A stretch of DNA of 64,000 bases from an uncultured Gemmatimonadales bacterium (GCA_963809895.1 CAWELD010000003.1:2272001-2336000); one strand, 5' to 3'; counted from the first letter of the stretch, positions 10,159 to 20,279 are shown. Notes: generated by a model from the sequence alone, not told the origin. Made by a program: numbers and translations.

Positions 10159-10920
10159 ATGTCCCGCACTTCTCGCTGGTTCTCGCTCCTGCCGCTGGCG
10201 CTACTGATGGCGGGATGCGCACCCGCCCGCGCCGCCACGCCCGAGCCCCGTGTCGCCCCGCTGGCCCCCGCGGGGGCCGCGACCGCCGACACCGGCACCG
10301 TGGTGGTGACCGGTACGGCCTCGGTGAGCGTGGCGGCGGACCGCGCCCGCATTCGCTTCGCCGTCGAGCGCGAGGCGGCCACCGCAGGCCAGGCGGTGGC
10401 CGACAACGCCGCCGCCATGGACCAGGCGCTGAGCGCGGTGCGGCAGGCGCTGGGCGGCGCCGGCACGCTGGAGACCAGCGGGTACGGACTGTCGCCCGTG
10501 TACCGACAGCCCCCCCGGGATCAGGGCGGCGAGCCCACCATCGTGGCCTACCGGGCCGTCAACCATGTCGAAGTGACCGTGAACCGCGTCGACGACGTGG
10601 GCCGCATCCTGGATGCGGCGGTGGGAGCCGGCGCCAACCGCATCGCCGGGCTGTCGTTCTACGCCTCGGACACCAGGGACGCGCGCCTGGAGGCGCTTCG
10701 CCAGGCCACGGCCAAGGCCCGTGACGAGGCCCGCGTCCTCGCCGAATCGCTGGGCGTGCCGCTGGGCGCGCCGCTGCAGGTGCAGAGCTCGGCGGAGATG
10801 CCCACGCCCCAGCCGCAGATGTTCCGCGCCATGGAGGCTGCCCAGATGGCGACGCCCACCGAGGCCGGTGAGCAGGAGGTGTCGGCCACCGTCACCATCA
10901 CCTATCGGCTGGGTGGCTGA
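10159..10920 (+). CDS. SIMPL (DUF541) domain lipoprotein
   Basis: Lipobox MAGC; VVVTGTASVSVAADRA, LDAAVGAGANRIAGLSF, VSATVTITY. Confidence 0.85.
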   Translation: MSRTSRWFSLLPLALLMAGCAPARAATPEPRVAPLAPAGAATADTGTVVVTGTASVSVAADRARIRFAVEREAATAGQAVADNAAAMDQALSAVRQALGGAGTLETSGYGLSPVYRQPPRDQGGEPTIVAYRAVNHVEVTVNRVDDVGRILDAAVGAGANRIAGLSFYASDTRDARLEALRQATAKARDEARVLAESLGVPLGAPLQVQSSAEMPTPQPQMFRAMEAAQMATPTEAGEQEVSATVTITYRLGG

Positions 10921-11326
10921 CAGCGCATCCGGCCGCCCTTCGCACCGGCTCGTGGGCCGGACCTACGCCATCCCCTTCGATCGGGTGTGGCGGGAGGCGC
11001 TGGCGCTGGCGTCGAGGGGAACCGGCGCCGGCGGGTGGACGGTGACGGAAGCCGACGACGGCACGGGCGTCATCGTCGCCGAGGCGCCCAGACGGCTGCC
11101 GCCGGGAACGGATCGCATCCGACTGCACGTCACCCTGGACCCCGATGCCCAGACCCGGCTGGACCTGGAGTCCGTTCCGGTGTCCGGCGCGCTGAGCCTG
11201 GGTGCGGGGCGGCGACGCCTGCGCGGGTTCTGTGCGGCGCTGGACCGAGCGCTGGGGACCCGGCCCGGAGAGATGCTCCGTCCGGGAAATGAAGAGTCGA
11301 GCAGGGTGTTACCTTCCCGGCCATGA
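10913..11326 (+). CDS. Hypothetical protein, DUF1499-like
   Basis: GTG start overlaps the upstream stop, and its stop overlaps the next ATG. Sequence RTYAIPFDRVW...GVIVAEA...TRLDLES. Confidence 0.55.
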   Translation: MADSASGRPSHRLVGRTYAIPFDRVWREALALASRGTGAGGWTVTEADDGTGVIVAEAPRRLPPGTDRIRLHVTLDPDAQTRLDLESVPVSGALSLGAGRRRLRGFCAALDRALGTRPGEMLRPGNEESSRVLPSRP

Positions 11327-12279
11327 TCGCTCGCCTTCGAACCCGCGCCGCGTGGCTTCCGTCGGTGCTGACCCTGTGGGCGGCCCTGGCCTGTAGCGGC
11401 GAGCCCGCTCCGCCCGAGGCCGCCACCGACTCCGTGGCCGACTCGGCACCGGTTGCGCCGGCGATCGTGCGCAGCTTCGAGCGCGACGTGGTCTTCCTCA
11501 CCACTGCGCGGGACACCACGCTTCTGGTTCCGTGGCTGCTGGAGGCCACCACCGGGCCCGATGGCGTGGACCGCACCGCGCGCGCCTGGCTGCTCAGGGG
11601 CGGGGCCTGGGAACCGTTCCTGGACCAGCACTGGTCCACGCCTCCGACCCGCGTTCCGTGGCGCATCCTGCCCGTGGGCCCCCTGCATCTCGTAGTGGGA
11701 CCCGACGAAGCGCTGGAACGCCTGATCTTCGATGCGGCCCCCCGGGAGTTGGAGGTCGCCCTGGACGAGCCCCTGGTGGAATGGACGGGGCGCCAGGGGG
11801 AGGTCTTCCGGATCCTGGAGGGGGGCCTCCTCCTGGGCGGTCGTCGCTCGAGCGGCGTGGTCCTCGACCTGAGCCGGGGCGGAGAGTCCGACCGACCCCC
11901 GCCGGGCGACTGGGCCTTGCTGGTCTCGGGGGATTCCCTGCAGCTCGTGCTGCACGCCACGCCGGAGGACGGGGAGAATCTCTACGAGGGCTGGGCTCGT
12001 CTGGACTTCCGGGAGCTGAGCTTCCCGCAGCTGGAGGTGGCGTGGGCCGATGTGCGCGCCTTCGAGCGGGCGCGGCGCGACGTGCCCGTGGCCTGGACTC
12101 TCCAGGAAGAGAGCCCCAGCGTGCAGGGCCGGCTCGACGTGGTCACCGCCCACCTGGAGACCGGCGAAGGCGAAGGCCCGCTGCTCCCCGTGGATGCCCT
12201 GTTCGAGGTTTCGGGCAGCCTGACCCTGGAAGGGTCGGACTATCCTGTCCGGGGCCTGTTTCGACACACCCAGCGCTGA
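11323..12279 (+). CDS. Hypothetical lipoprotein (beta-rich)
   Basis: ALAC lipobox, ATGA coupling, coding-like composition. Confidence 0.7.
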   Translation: MIARLRTRAAWLPSVLTLWAALACSGEPAPPEAATDSVADSAPVAPAIVRSFERDVVFLTTARDTTLLVPWLLEATTGPDGVDRTARAWLLRGGAWEPFLDQHWSTPPTRVPWRILPVGPLHLVVGPDEALERLIFDAAPRELEVALDEPLVEWTGRQGEVFRILEGGLLLGGRRSSGVVLDLSRGGESDRPPPGDWALLVSGDSLQLVLHATPEDGENLYEGWARLDFRELSFPQLEVAWADVRAFERARRDVPVAWTLQEESPSVQGRLDVVTAHLETGEGEGPLLPVDALFEVSGSLTLEGSDYPVRGLFRHTQR

Positions 12280-12286
12280 GAAAGCC

Positions 12287-13855
12287 GTGTCCGACGAACT
12301 CGTGCGCGCCCTGGTGACGATCGTCTTCGGCGCCCTCGCCGGGGGTCTCACCAACACCATCGCCATCTGGATGCTCTTCCACCCCTACGAGCCTCCGCGC
12401 ATCGGGCGCTGGCGTCCCGGGTGGCTCCAGGGCGCGGTACCCAAGAACCAGGCGCGCCTGGCGGCGGCCATCGGGCGCACCGTGGGCAACCGACTGCTCA
12501 CGGCCGACGACCTGACCAGGATCTTCGCCCAGACCGAGTTCCGGAGTGCGTTCGACGAGCGTCTGGCGGCATTCCTGGACGAGATCCTGAACCACGAGAG
12601 GGGATCCGTCCGCGAGCTCCTGCCACCGGCCGTGCTACCGGAGGTGGAGGGCCTGGTGGCCGATGTCCTGGACCACAGCCTGGTGCGACTCCAGGGCTAT
12701 CTGGAGTCGGAGCGCTTCGAGCAGGCGGTGGGGCGGCGGGCCAACGAGATCGTGTCGGCGGTGGCCGACGAGCCGGTCGCCAACCTTCTCGGGGCGGAGC
12801 GTGAGGCGGTCCTCACCGAGGCGGTGGAGTCCTGGCTGGCGTCGGCGGTGGAGAGCGACGACTTCCGCCAGGCGCTGGACGACTACCTGCACCGGGTCAG
12901 CCACCGGCTGCTCGGACCCGATCGCACCTTCGAGGAGATCCTCCCGCTCGGGCTGGTGGGCTCGCTGGAGCACGCCATCAAGGGCTACCTGCCCCTGGCC
13001 ATCGAGCGCCTGGGCTCACTCCTGGAGGACCCCGCCGCGCGATCGCGCTTCGAAAGCGGCCTGCGCGAGCTCTTCCACCGCTTCCTGGGGGACCTGAAGT
13101 TCCACCAGCGGGTGGTGGCTCGACTCGTGGTCAACGACGAGACGCTGGAGCGGGTTCTCGACACCATCGAGGCCGAAGGAGCCGAGCGCCTCTCGGAGAT
13201 CCTGCGGGAACCCGCCGTTCAGGAGGCCATGGCCCGGGGCGTGAACGAGGCCATCGTGGACTTCCTGCGTCGCCCGGTGCAGTCGGTGCTGGGCGAGCCG
13301 GACTCCGCCGCGGTGGTGGAAGCCCGCGACACGCTGGCCGGCTGGATCATCAACATGGCGCGGGACCCACAGACCCGCACCTTCCTGGTCGCCAAGATGC
13401 GATCGGGTCTGGAGAAGGCCGGGGGCCACACCTGGGGCGACGTCTTCGAGCGCCTCCCCCCCGAACGCATCGCCGGATGGCTGGTGACCGCTGCCCGCAG
13501 CGAGGGAGCCTCACGCCTCTACGCCGAGGTGGCTCGCCGAGGCGCTGAAGCGCTCATGACCCGACCCATCGGCAGGCCGTCGAGCTGGCTCCCGGACCAG
13601 GCACCCCGACGCATCGAGGAAGGGCTGGGACCGGTGCTGTGGGACTGGCTCCAGACCCAGGTCCCCGACGTCATTCAACGCCTGGACGTGGCGCGCCGCG
13701 TGGAGGAAAAGGTGATGGACTTCCCCACGCCGCGCATGGAAGAGCTGGTGCGACGGGTCACGGACCGTGAGCTGCGCCTCATCGTCCACCTGGGGTACGT
13801 GCTGGGGGCGTTCGTCGGGGTGGTGCTGGTGCTGGTGAACGCCCTGCTGCCCTGA
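12287..13855 (+). CDS. DUF445 family membrane-anchored protein
   Basis: GGLTNTIAIWMLFHPYEP N-terminus and ELRLIVHLGYVLGAFVG C-terminus. Confidence 0.85.
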   Translation: MSDELVRALVTIVFGALAGGLTNTIAIWMLFHPYEPPRIGRWRPGWLQGAVPKNQARLAAAIGRTVGNRLLTADDLTRIFAQTEFRSAFDERLAAFLDEILNHERGSVRELLPPAVLPEVEGLVADVLDHSLVRLQGYLESERFEQAVGRRANEIVSAVADEPVANLLGAEREAVLTEAVESWLASAVESDDFRQALDDYLHRVSHRLLGPDRTFEEILPLGLVGSLEHAIKGYLPLAIERLGSLLEDPAARSRFESGLRELFHRFLGDLKFHQRVVARLVVNDETLERVLDTIEAEGAERLSEILREPAVQEAMARGVNEAIVDFLRRPVQSVLGEPDSAAVVEARDTLAGWIINMARDPQTRTFLVAKMRSGLEKAGGHTWGDVFERLPPERIAGWLVTAARSEGASRLYAEVARRGAEALMTRPIGRPSSWLPDQAPRRIEEGLGPVLWDWLQTQVPDVIQRLDVARRVEEKVMDFPTPRMEELVRRVTDRELRLIVHLGYVLGAFVGVVLVLVNALLP

Positions 13856-13873
13856 CGAAACCGGATCACCCCG

Positions 13874-14122
13874 TCAGTCGTCCGGAGGCGACTCCGGCGC
13901 GGCGGTGCGGAAGTGGTGCCGTTGGCGCCGACGCTCCGAGCCCCGTTCTTCCTTCCGGAACCAGTCCAGGGGCGTGAAGTGCCGCTTGACCGTGTTGCGG
14001 CGGGCGCCGCCGCGCTCCATGGCGCGATTGAGGTCGTCGGTGGTCTGGGTGTAGCGGCCAGGGAGCCCGAGCCAGATACCCAGTGCCAGAGCCAGCACGC
14101 CGAGGATGATCTTGATGAGCAT
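13874..14122 (-). CDS. Small single-pass membrane protein
   Basis: MLIKIILGVLALALGIWLG TM followed by a basic tail; 82 aa. Confidence 0.55.
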   Translation of the reverse strand: MLIKIILGVLALALGIWLGLPGRYTQTTDDLNRAMERGGARRNTVKRHFTPLDWFRKEERGSERRRQRHHFRTAAPESPPDD

Positions 14123-14130
14123 GTCTCATG

Positions 14131-14174
14131 AAAAACCGGGGCGGCCGCCGGGTTCCCTCCCGACGGCCGCCCCC
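14131..14174 (-). terminator. Intrinsic terminator
   Basis: Minus strand GGGGCGGCCGTCGGG-loop-CCCGGCGGCCGCCCC followed by GGTTTTT. Confidence 0.6.
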
Positions 14175-14203
14175 ATGGCTTCGAGCCGGGGCTCGGCGAG
14201 CCG

Positions 14204-14353
14204 CTAACGCTTCTTGAACGACTCCATGGCCAGAATGCCCACACCCACCGAAAGCATGATGGCGACGATGTTGGTGCCCACGGCCACCATGCCCACGACA
14301 GTCCAGAAGACGAGGTGGATGAAGAGGTAGCCACCGGGGACCAGATTGCGCAT
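14204..14353 (-). CDS. 49-aa hydrophobic small membrane protein (not in ORF track)
   Basis: MRNLVPGGYLFIHLVFWTVVGMVAVGTNIVAIMLSVGVGILAMESFKKR*; GAGGTG RBS upstream, terminator downstream. Confidence 0.65.
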   Translation of the reverse strand: MRNLVPGGYLFIHLVFWTVVGMVAVGTNIVAIMLSVGVGILAMESFKKR

Positions 14354-14414
14354 CGCTCGTCACCTCGAGAAGGGGTTTTCGTTGAAGCGCCGTATTGTAG
14401 CGACCGCGCCGGCG

Positions 14415-14903
14415 TCAGTCCACCGGCGGTGCGCCGTCCCGCGGCAAGTGGGTCTGCTCGTAGCGTTTCCGCGCCTCCGACAGGTAGGCCATCTTGAGCC
14501 CCAGCAGATGGCTCACCTTGCGCATGAGGTAGTCCTCACGGTTGGACAGCTTGCCGTCGGAGTAGACGAGCCCCCACATGACTTCCACCAGCACCATCTT
14601 CTGGCCCAGCGAGTAGTTCTCGCGGATGAGGTTGGTGAACTGGAAGAGGTCCGTGGCCGTCTGGCGCGCTCGCTCCGCGTAGCGCAGCAGCTCGTCCACC
14701 TGTTCCCGGCCGAGCCCGAAGTGGCGGCGAATGGCGCCCCTGATGTGGCGCCGCTCGTCGTCGGAGAAGTCGTCGTCCACATGCGCGAGCTCCAGCAGGA
14801 GCGCGCACGCGGCCAGGCGTACCTCGCGGTCTCGGCTCTCGGGCTCCGGCTCCTCCTCGGGCATCATGGAGGAGCGGAAGAACGATTTCAGGGCCTCGAG
14901 CAT
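14415..14903 (-). CDS. TerB-family protein
   Basis: LAACALLLELAHVDDDFSDDE and VYSDGKLSNREDYLMRKVSHLLG; GAGGTG RBS before ATG 14903. Confidence 0.8.
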   Translation of the reverse strand: MLEALKSFFRSSMMPEEEPEPESRDREVRLAACALLLELAHVDDDFSDDERRHIRGAIRRHFGLGREQVDELLRYAERARQTATDLFQFTNLIRENYSLGQKMVLVEVMWGLVYSDGKLSNREDYLMRKVSHLLGLKMAYLSEARKRYEQTHLPRDGAPPVD

Positions 14904-14966
14904 GGCCACCTCGTGCGAAGCTGAAGGGCGTGATCGGCCGCGGCTGGATGGGTCGAATCTAACAGG

Positions 14967-16664
14967 TCACGGGGCGGGAAGCGCCCGGATACGCCGGATT
15001 CCGGCCCGCAGCGGAAGCCAGATGGCGCCGCCCGTAACCAGCGCGGCCCCGGCGAATCCGGCGGCCACGGGCAGCCAGCCCGGCCCCCCTCCCCGCAGGC
15101 GCCCGCGCAGGAAGAGCCATACCGGCCACGCTTCGAGCGCGACCACGGCCCCCAGGTAGAGCACGGCGGCCATCATGAAGAGCAGGCCCCCGAACGAGGT
15201 GGGGATCTCGGCGACGTTCTCCGTCTCGTAGTTGGGATAGAGCGCGCCGAACCCCAGGGCCAGCGCCGTCAGGGCGAGGGTCATGAACACCATGGTCACG
15301 GTGGTGGCCCCGAGAATGAACGGCGAGGCGCGCATGAACAGGTTCGTGACCACGATGAGGGGAAGCGCGATGCACAGCAACGGGAGCGTCCCCACCCAGT
15401 ACTTGGACCAGAACACGGACTCGATGCGCGTGGGCGAGGAGCGCAGCAGCCACATCATGCGCCCCTCCAGCGACATGGCCGGAAAGACGAAGCGGGCCGC
15501 GATGGCGGCCACCACGAAGCCCGCCAGCCCCAGGTTCAGGAACGCCACCAGGTTGATGAGAAAGAAGGAGAGCTGCTCCCCGGTGTAGAGGGGCAGCTGC
15601 TGGATGTTGTAGACGTACACCACCACCAGGACCGCCAGCAGGATGAGCTGGGACCACTGGGTCGTGTCCCGGAAGAAGACGCGGACCTCTTTCTGGACGA
15701 GCTGGCGGGTGGCGGGGGCCAGCCGGGACAGCAGGACCTCCAGTCCGCGGGCGCGCCGGCGCCCGTGGCGACGCTCGGCACCCTCCTGGGCCCGGGTGAA
15801 GCCCGGGGCGTGGAAGCGCCCGTGCAGCGTGGCCCCGAGGACCACGAAGGCGGCCGCCGTGCTCACCAGCAGGACGAGGGGGAAGGGATCGAAGACGCCG
15901 TTCAGCCAGCCCATGAGGGTGTCGGTCACCCATTGGCTGGGGAGCCAGGGCGAGGTCGGCGTGCGCAGCACTCCGACGAAGTCCACCAGGCTGCGGAACT
16001 CCTCGGGCCGCACCAGCCGCTCGGGACGGAGGAAGCGGAACAGCGCCACCACACCGGCCGCCGACAAGAGGGCGATGAGCGCCAGCAAGTCCCGGGTGCG
16101 GCGGGCCGGGAACACGTTGACCAACAGGAGGGTGAACGCCGCTCCCACCACGGCCGGGAGTACCAGGAAGGCGGCGGTGGCCACCAGCGCCACCAGATAG
16201 AACCCCGCTCCGGCCGCGTACACGAACCCGTACGCCGCCAGCAGGGGAATCGCCATGAGGGCCACCATCCACGACGAGTCCGCCACCGTCTCGGCCAGGC
16301 GCGCCCCGTAGAGCTCGGCACCCCCCACCGGTGCCGCCATGAGCAGCTCGAGATCGTCGGCGAGGAAGAAGGTGCTGAGGGCGGTGATGACGTTGGAGAG
16401 GAGCAGGATGCCCAGGAAGGTGAGAAAGGCGATGCCCAGCAGCTTGCCCGCCAGCAGGTCGCCGATGCCCTGCGTGCCCCGGAAGTAGAGGAGCATGCGG
16501 GTGATGACGGCGAAGACGAATCCCCAGAAGAGAAGGCCCACGAACCCCAGCAGCAGGCCCTTGAAGAGGCGACCCTCACCGCCCCTGAGCTTGTTGCGGC
16601 GCGTGCGCCACTTGGGCCCCAGCAGGGTGGCGACGCCGGCCGTTCCGGCGCTGCCCCCGCTCAC
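14967..16664 (-). CDS. Putative ABC exporter permease subunit
   Basis: Multi-TM 565 aa with KEVRVFFRDTTQWSQL and SLEGRMMWLLRSSP; coupled to an ABC ATPase. Confidence 0.85.
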   Translation of the reverse strand: MSGGSAGTAGVATLLGPKWRTRRNKLRGGEGRLFKGLLLGFVGLLFWGFVFAVITRMLLYFRGTQGIGDLLAGKLLGIAFLTFLGILLLSNVITALSTFFLADDLELLMAAPVGGAELYGARLAETVADSSWMVALMAIPLLAAYGFVYAAGAGFYLVALVATAAFLVLPAVVGAAFTLLLVNVFPARRTRDLLALIALLSAAGVVALFRFLRPERLVRPEEFRSLVDFVGVLRTPTSPWLPSQWVTDTLMGWLNGVFDPFPLVLLVSTAAAFVVLGATLHGRFHAPGFTRAQEGAERRHGRRRARGLEVLLSRLAPATRQLVQKEVRVFFRDTTQWSQLILLAVLVVVYVYNIQQLPLYTGEQLSFFLINLVAFLNLGLAGFVVAAIAARFVFPAMSLEGRMMWLLRSSPTRIESVFWSKYWVGTLPLLCIALPLIVVTNLFMRASPFILGATTVTMVFMTLALTALALGFGALYPNYETENVAEIPTSFGGLLFMMAAVLYLGAVVALEAWPVWLFLRGRLRGGGPGWLPVAAGFAGAALVTGGAIWLPLRAGIRRIRALPAP

Positions 16665-17437
16665 GTGTCGCCGTCCCGCAGCGCCGACACCACGTCGGCC
16701 ACGGCCCCTCCCCCGGTGACCTTGAGGAAGATCTCCTCCAGGTGAGCCGCTCCGAGCCGGGCTTCTTCGCGGAGCTCGTCCATGGTTCCCAGCGCCCGCA
16801 CGCGGCCCGCCGACAGGATCGCGATGCGGTCGCAGAGCGCCTCGGCCACCTCGAGGGTGTGGGTGGAGAGGAAGACCGAGCCGCCGTCGTCGGCGAAGGT
16901 CCTCAACAGCTCTTTGAGGATGCGGGCGGCGCGAGGGTCCAAGCCCACCATGGGCTCGTCCACGACCACCAGGGCCGGCCGATGCAGGAGCGCCGAGGTG
17001 ATGAGGAGCTTCTGGCGCATCCCGTGCGAGTAGCTCTCCACCAGCTCGTCCTTCCAGTCGGCGAGGCTGAAGAGCCCGAGCAGCCGATCGGCCCGCGCCT
17101 CCACGGCGGCCCCCCCTTCACCCCACAAACCCGCCACGAAGCGCAGGAACTCGGCTCCGGTGAGCTTCTCGTAGAGGAACGGTCGATCCGGGATGTAGCC
17201 CACCCGGCGCTTGGCTTCGCGGGGACTCCGCTGCAGGTCCACGCCGTCCACCAGGACCCGGCCGGCGCTGGGCTGGAGGACCCCGGCCACCATGCGGATC
17301 GTGGTGGTCTTGCCGGCTCCGTTGGGGCCGAGGAAGCCGAAGATCTCGCCCCGGGGTACCTCCAGATCCAGGCCGTCCACCGCGGTGAAGGAGCCGTAGC
17401 GCTTGGTGAGTCCTTCCATCCGCAGCATGGCGCTCAC
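16661..17437 (-). CDS. ABC transporter ATP-binding protein
   Basis: Walker A GPNGAGKTT, signature YSHGMRQK, VVDEP and STH motifs. GTGA overlap start (or ATG 17428). Confidence 0.92.
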   Translation of the reverse strand: MSAMLRMEGLTKRYGSFTAVDGLDLEVPRGEIFGFLGPNGAGKTTTIRMVAGVLQPSAGRVLVDGVDLQRSPREAKRRVGYIPDRPFLYEKLTGAEFLRFVAGLWGEGGAAVEARADRLLGLFSLADWKDELVESYSHGMRQKLLITSALLHRPALVVVDEPMVGLDPRAARILKELLRTFADDGGSVFLSTHTLEVAEALCDRIAILSAGRVRALGTMDELREEARLGAAHLEEIFLKVTGGGAVADVVSALRDGDT

Positions 17438-18999
17438 CGGGGGGCCTCCGGATCCACGACGTCGATGTCCAGCCGCCCGATGAGGCGGAGGAGCTCCACC
17501 TGCTCCGCCAGGCCACCCACCAGGAAGCGGATGTGGGCGGCATCGGCGGGCGCCTGACCGAAGGTGGGATCCACCGCGACCCAGCGGCCCAGCCACACCT
17601 CCGGCCAGGCATGGTAGTAGAAGGCGCCGTCCACGTAGACCAGTCCCACGGCGGTGCGGGCCGGCAGGCCCAGGGCCCGGGCCAGAGCCACGTACAGGAC
17701 CGTGTGCTCGTTGCAGTCGCCCTGGCCCGACGCCAGCACCTGCAGCGCGCTGGGCACCGAGAAGGTGATCTCCTTCTTCAGCCGGTCGTACACGCCGTTC
17801 GTCAGCATCTCCGCCGCCCGGCGGGGATCGTCCGTGCCCCGGTAGCGCCGGTGCGTCATGGCCCGGGCGACCTCGATGATCCGGGGGTCGTCGCTCTGGA
17901 TCAACGGCTCCGGCTCCAGCGCCTCTCTCAGATCCATGCGCTTGTACGGCAGCGTGTAGCCCGCCTCCAACGCGTCCCAGCCTTCGCGTCGCACCACGAG
18001 GGTGTCGCCGTGGAGCCGCTGGCGACCCCCGTCGAGATCGAAGCCGGCCAGCTCCACCCCCTTCAGGACGAAGCGGAGCTCCCCACGGCTCTCCACGTCG
18101 TCCAGCGGCACGTCGCTCTGGATGGCGGTGGCCAGGATCACGTCGTCGTCCACCGCCGCCGCGCCCTGCGTGCGGCTGTCCTCCAACGCCTGACGAGCCA
18201 GCTCGAACTCGGTGCGCTCCATGGAGAATCCCAGCGGCGACGTGGCGCGCAGAACGCGGCCGTCCCCGTCGATCCAGCTCTCCATGGAGACGCCACCGAA
18301 CACCTCGGCGATGCGCCACGCCGGCACGGAATCCCATCCCGCGGTGCTCCAGCGGCCATCGTCTCCCATGACCACGCTGTCGGGAATGGCCAGCGTGTCG
18401 TGCTCGAGAACCCGCACCTCCACCGTGCGCGTGGACAGCGTCGAAGGGTCGAACACGGGAAGCCGGAGCCGCTTGCCCACCTCCAGCCCCTCACCCAGAG
18501 CCACCCGGATGGGGACCACGGCCGAGAACACCGGTGGCGAAGCCATGCGGAAGCTCAGCGTCTCGGCGTCGGGCGCGCTACCGAGGTGCACCTCCAGGAG
18601 CGTGTCGCCCCGTACGTCACCGTCGGCCTGGAAGCGGCCCACGTCGGAATCGAGGGAGAACTGGAAGCGGTCCATGCGCAGCGCCGAGTCCAGCTCCACC
18701 CGCGTGCGCACCACGGCGTTGCCCGTCCGGCCCAACGCCGGCAGCTCCAGGATCATGCGATCCTCGAGCTGGAATCCCCCGTCTACCGTGTCCAACGACG
18801 AGGTGGCCTGCCCCACCGCCCGCTCACCCATGCGCAGCGTGTAGAAGGTGACGCCGGGATCCAGGGTGAGCGCCGCTTCGGCCAGACGCGCGGTGGCAGG
18901 CCGCCCGTACTCGCGCCGGGCGTGCAGGCTCAGCACCACCAGCCACACCGCCACCACGGCCGTGCCCAGGACCCTGCGACGGCGCCCGGCGGACTCCAA
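17434..18999 (-). CDS. Membrane-anchored transglutaminase-like domain protein
   Basis: N-terminal TM; triad motifs GDCNEH, YHAWPEV, VAVDPT. Confidence 0.85.
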   Translation of the reverse strand: MESAGRRRRVLGTAVVAVWLVVLSLHARREYGRPATARLAEAALTLDPGVTFYTLRMGERAVGQATSSLDTVDGGFQLEDRMILELPALGRTGNAVVRTRVELDSALRMDRFQFSLDSDVGRFQADGDVRGDTLLEVHLGSAPDAETLSFRMASPPVFSAVVPIRVALGEGLEVGKRLRLPVFDPSTLSTRTVEVRVLEHDTLAIPDSVVMGDDGRWSTAGWDSVPAWRIAEVFGGVSMESWIDGDGRVLRATSPLGFSMERTEFELARQALEDSRTQGAAAVDDDVILATAIQSDVPLDDVESRGELRFVLKGVELAGFDLDGGRQRLHGDTLVVRREGWDALEAGYTLPYKRMDLREALEPEPLIQSDDPRIIEVARAMTHRRYRGTDDPRRAAEMLTNGVYDRLKKEITFSVPSALQVLASGQGDCNEHTVLYVALARALGLPARTAVGLVYVDGAFYYHAWPEVWLGRWVAVDPTFGQAPADAAHIRFLVGGLAEQVELLRLIGRLDIDVVDPEAPR

Positions 19000-19002
19000 A
19001 GG

Positions 19003-19521
19003 TCAGTCCGAAGGGCGCAGGGGTGCGAGCGCCCGATCGAAGATGTCGCGCTCGTAGTCGTTCTCCACCACGACCACCACCTCGTCCAGGCCTCCTTCAC
19101 CGGTGGCGGGGTGTGTCGCCAGCACCTCGGCCAGCAGACGCGCCGCCTCTTCGGCCTCCAGAGCGCCGGCGCCCACGCCCAGCGGGGGGAGCGCCAGGCT
19201 GCGCAGCCCCCAGTCGGCCGCCCGGGCCAGCCCCTGCTCCAGGGCCCGGCGCACGCTGGCGCGGCTCACGGGCTCCTCCGACGATTGCACCACGAAGTGC
19301 AGGAGGTACGGCACCGGCAGCGATCCACCCGGCGTGAGCACCGCGCCGCCCAGGGGAATCTCGCCCAGGGATCCGAGCTGCCGGGCCACCGAAGGACCGG
19401 CGGCCAGCTCCAGCCTACGGCCTGCCGGCGTGATGGACGCGCCGTCGGTACGGGCCGCGCGGACCACCACGTCGACGCCGGCGTCGTGCAGTTCCCCAAC
19501 CTGGACACGCACCACCGTCAT
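19003..19521 (-). CDS. Macro-domain protein (degenerate)
   Basis: Fold motifs GGAVLTPGGSL, YLLHFV and SLALPPLGVGAG; canonical GDIT, NAAN and GGGV motifs are altered. Confidence 0.75.
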   Translation of the reverse strand: MTVVRVQVGELHDAGVDVVVRAARTDGASITPAGRRLELAAGPSVARQLGSLGEIPLGGAVLTPGGSLPVPYLLHFVVQSSEEPVSRASVRRALEQGLARAADWGLRSLALPPLGVGAGALEAEEAARLLAEVLATHPATGEGGLDEVVVVVENDYERDIFDRALAPLRPSD

Positions 19522-20225
19522 CGCCCGGACAGCTCCCGTGCGCGCCGGTACATGCGGGCCGCCTGCTGCGGTAGATGCTGCCGGTCGAACAGGATCCCCA
19601 GCGTGTGGTACGGCCGGGGGTCGTCAGGACGAAGGCGGGCAGCCTCGTGGAGCACCTCCATGGCCTCCTCCACCCGGCCCAGGCGATTCAACGCCTCTCC
19701 GCGGTAGAAGTGCGCGTCGGCGTGCTGCGGCTCGTCGAAGCAGACCTTGCGCAGCTCGACCTCGGCCTCGGCGTACAGCCCGCGCCGGAAGAGGACCATG
19801 CCCAGCGCCGCGCGCACCTCCACCGACTCCGGCTGCAGGCGTTGCGCACGCCGCAGCTCCCGCTCCGCGTCGTCGAAGCGGCCCATGGCACCCAGCAACG
19901 ACGCCACCCGGGCCACCACGACGGGATTCTCCATCTCCAGGCGGAGGGCTTCGTCCAACGCCTGGCGGGCCCGGTCGTGCGAGCCACGGGCCACCAGCGA
20001 CTCGGCCCGCTCCAGGGCCGCATCGGCCGGGCCGGCGCGCGGCGGGGTCCGCGGCTCCGGGGGCGGCGGCGGGGATGGCGACGCCTCGCCCGCAGGCTCG
20101 GGCGGATCGCGAGGCGACCGGGCCTCGCGCGGCGAAGCTCCGTCGCCCGGCGTGCCCGAGCCTCCCGATCCGTTTCCCAGCAATTCGGCCTGATCGCCGA
20201 ATCCGTCTCCGTGAGGGCCCTTCAT
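19518..20225 (-). CDS. Tetratricopeptide repeat protein
   Basis: Repeats such as AHFYRGEALNRLGRVEEAM and PYHTLGILFD. Confidence 0.8.
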   Translation of the reverse strand: MKGPHGDGFGDQAELLGNGSGGSGTPGDGASPREARSPRDPPEPAGEASPSPPPPPEPRTPPRAGPADAALERAESLVARGSHDRARQALDEALRLEMENPVVVARVASLLGAMGRFDDAERELRRAQRLQPESVEVRAALGMVLFRRGLYAEAEVELRKVCFDEPQHADAHFYRGEALNRLGRVEEAMEVLHEAARLRPDDPRPYHTLGILFDRQHLPQQAARMYRRARELSGR

Positions 20226-20279
20226 CCTGCGTCCACTCCTCCACCGGCCCGTCTCTAAGGGCGAGCAGCATGCGTCGTG

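Noticed and set aside
16661..18337. 558-aa ABC ATPase with long N-terminal extension
   Set aside because: The extension is an off-frame reading of the transglutaminase gene; the ATPase starts at 17437 or 17428. Similar over-extensions affect folE, mlaD and mlaF.
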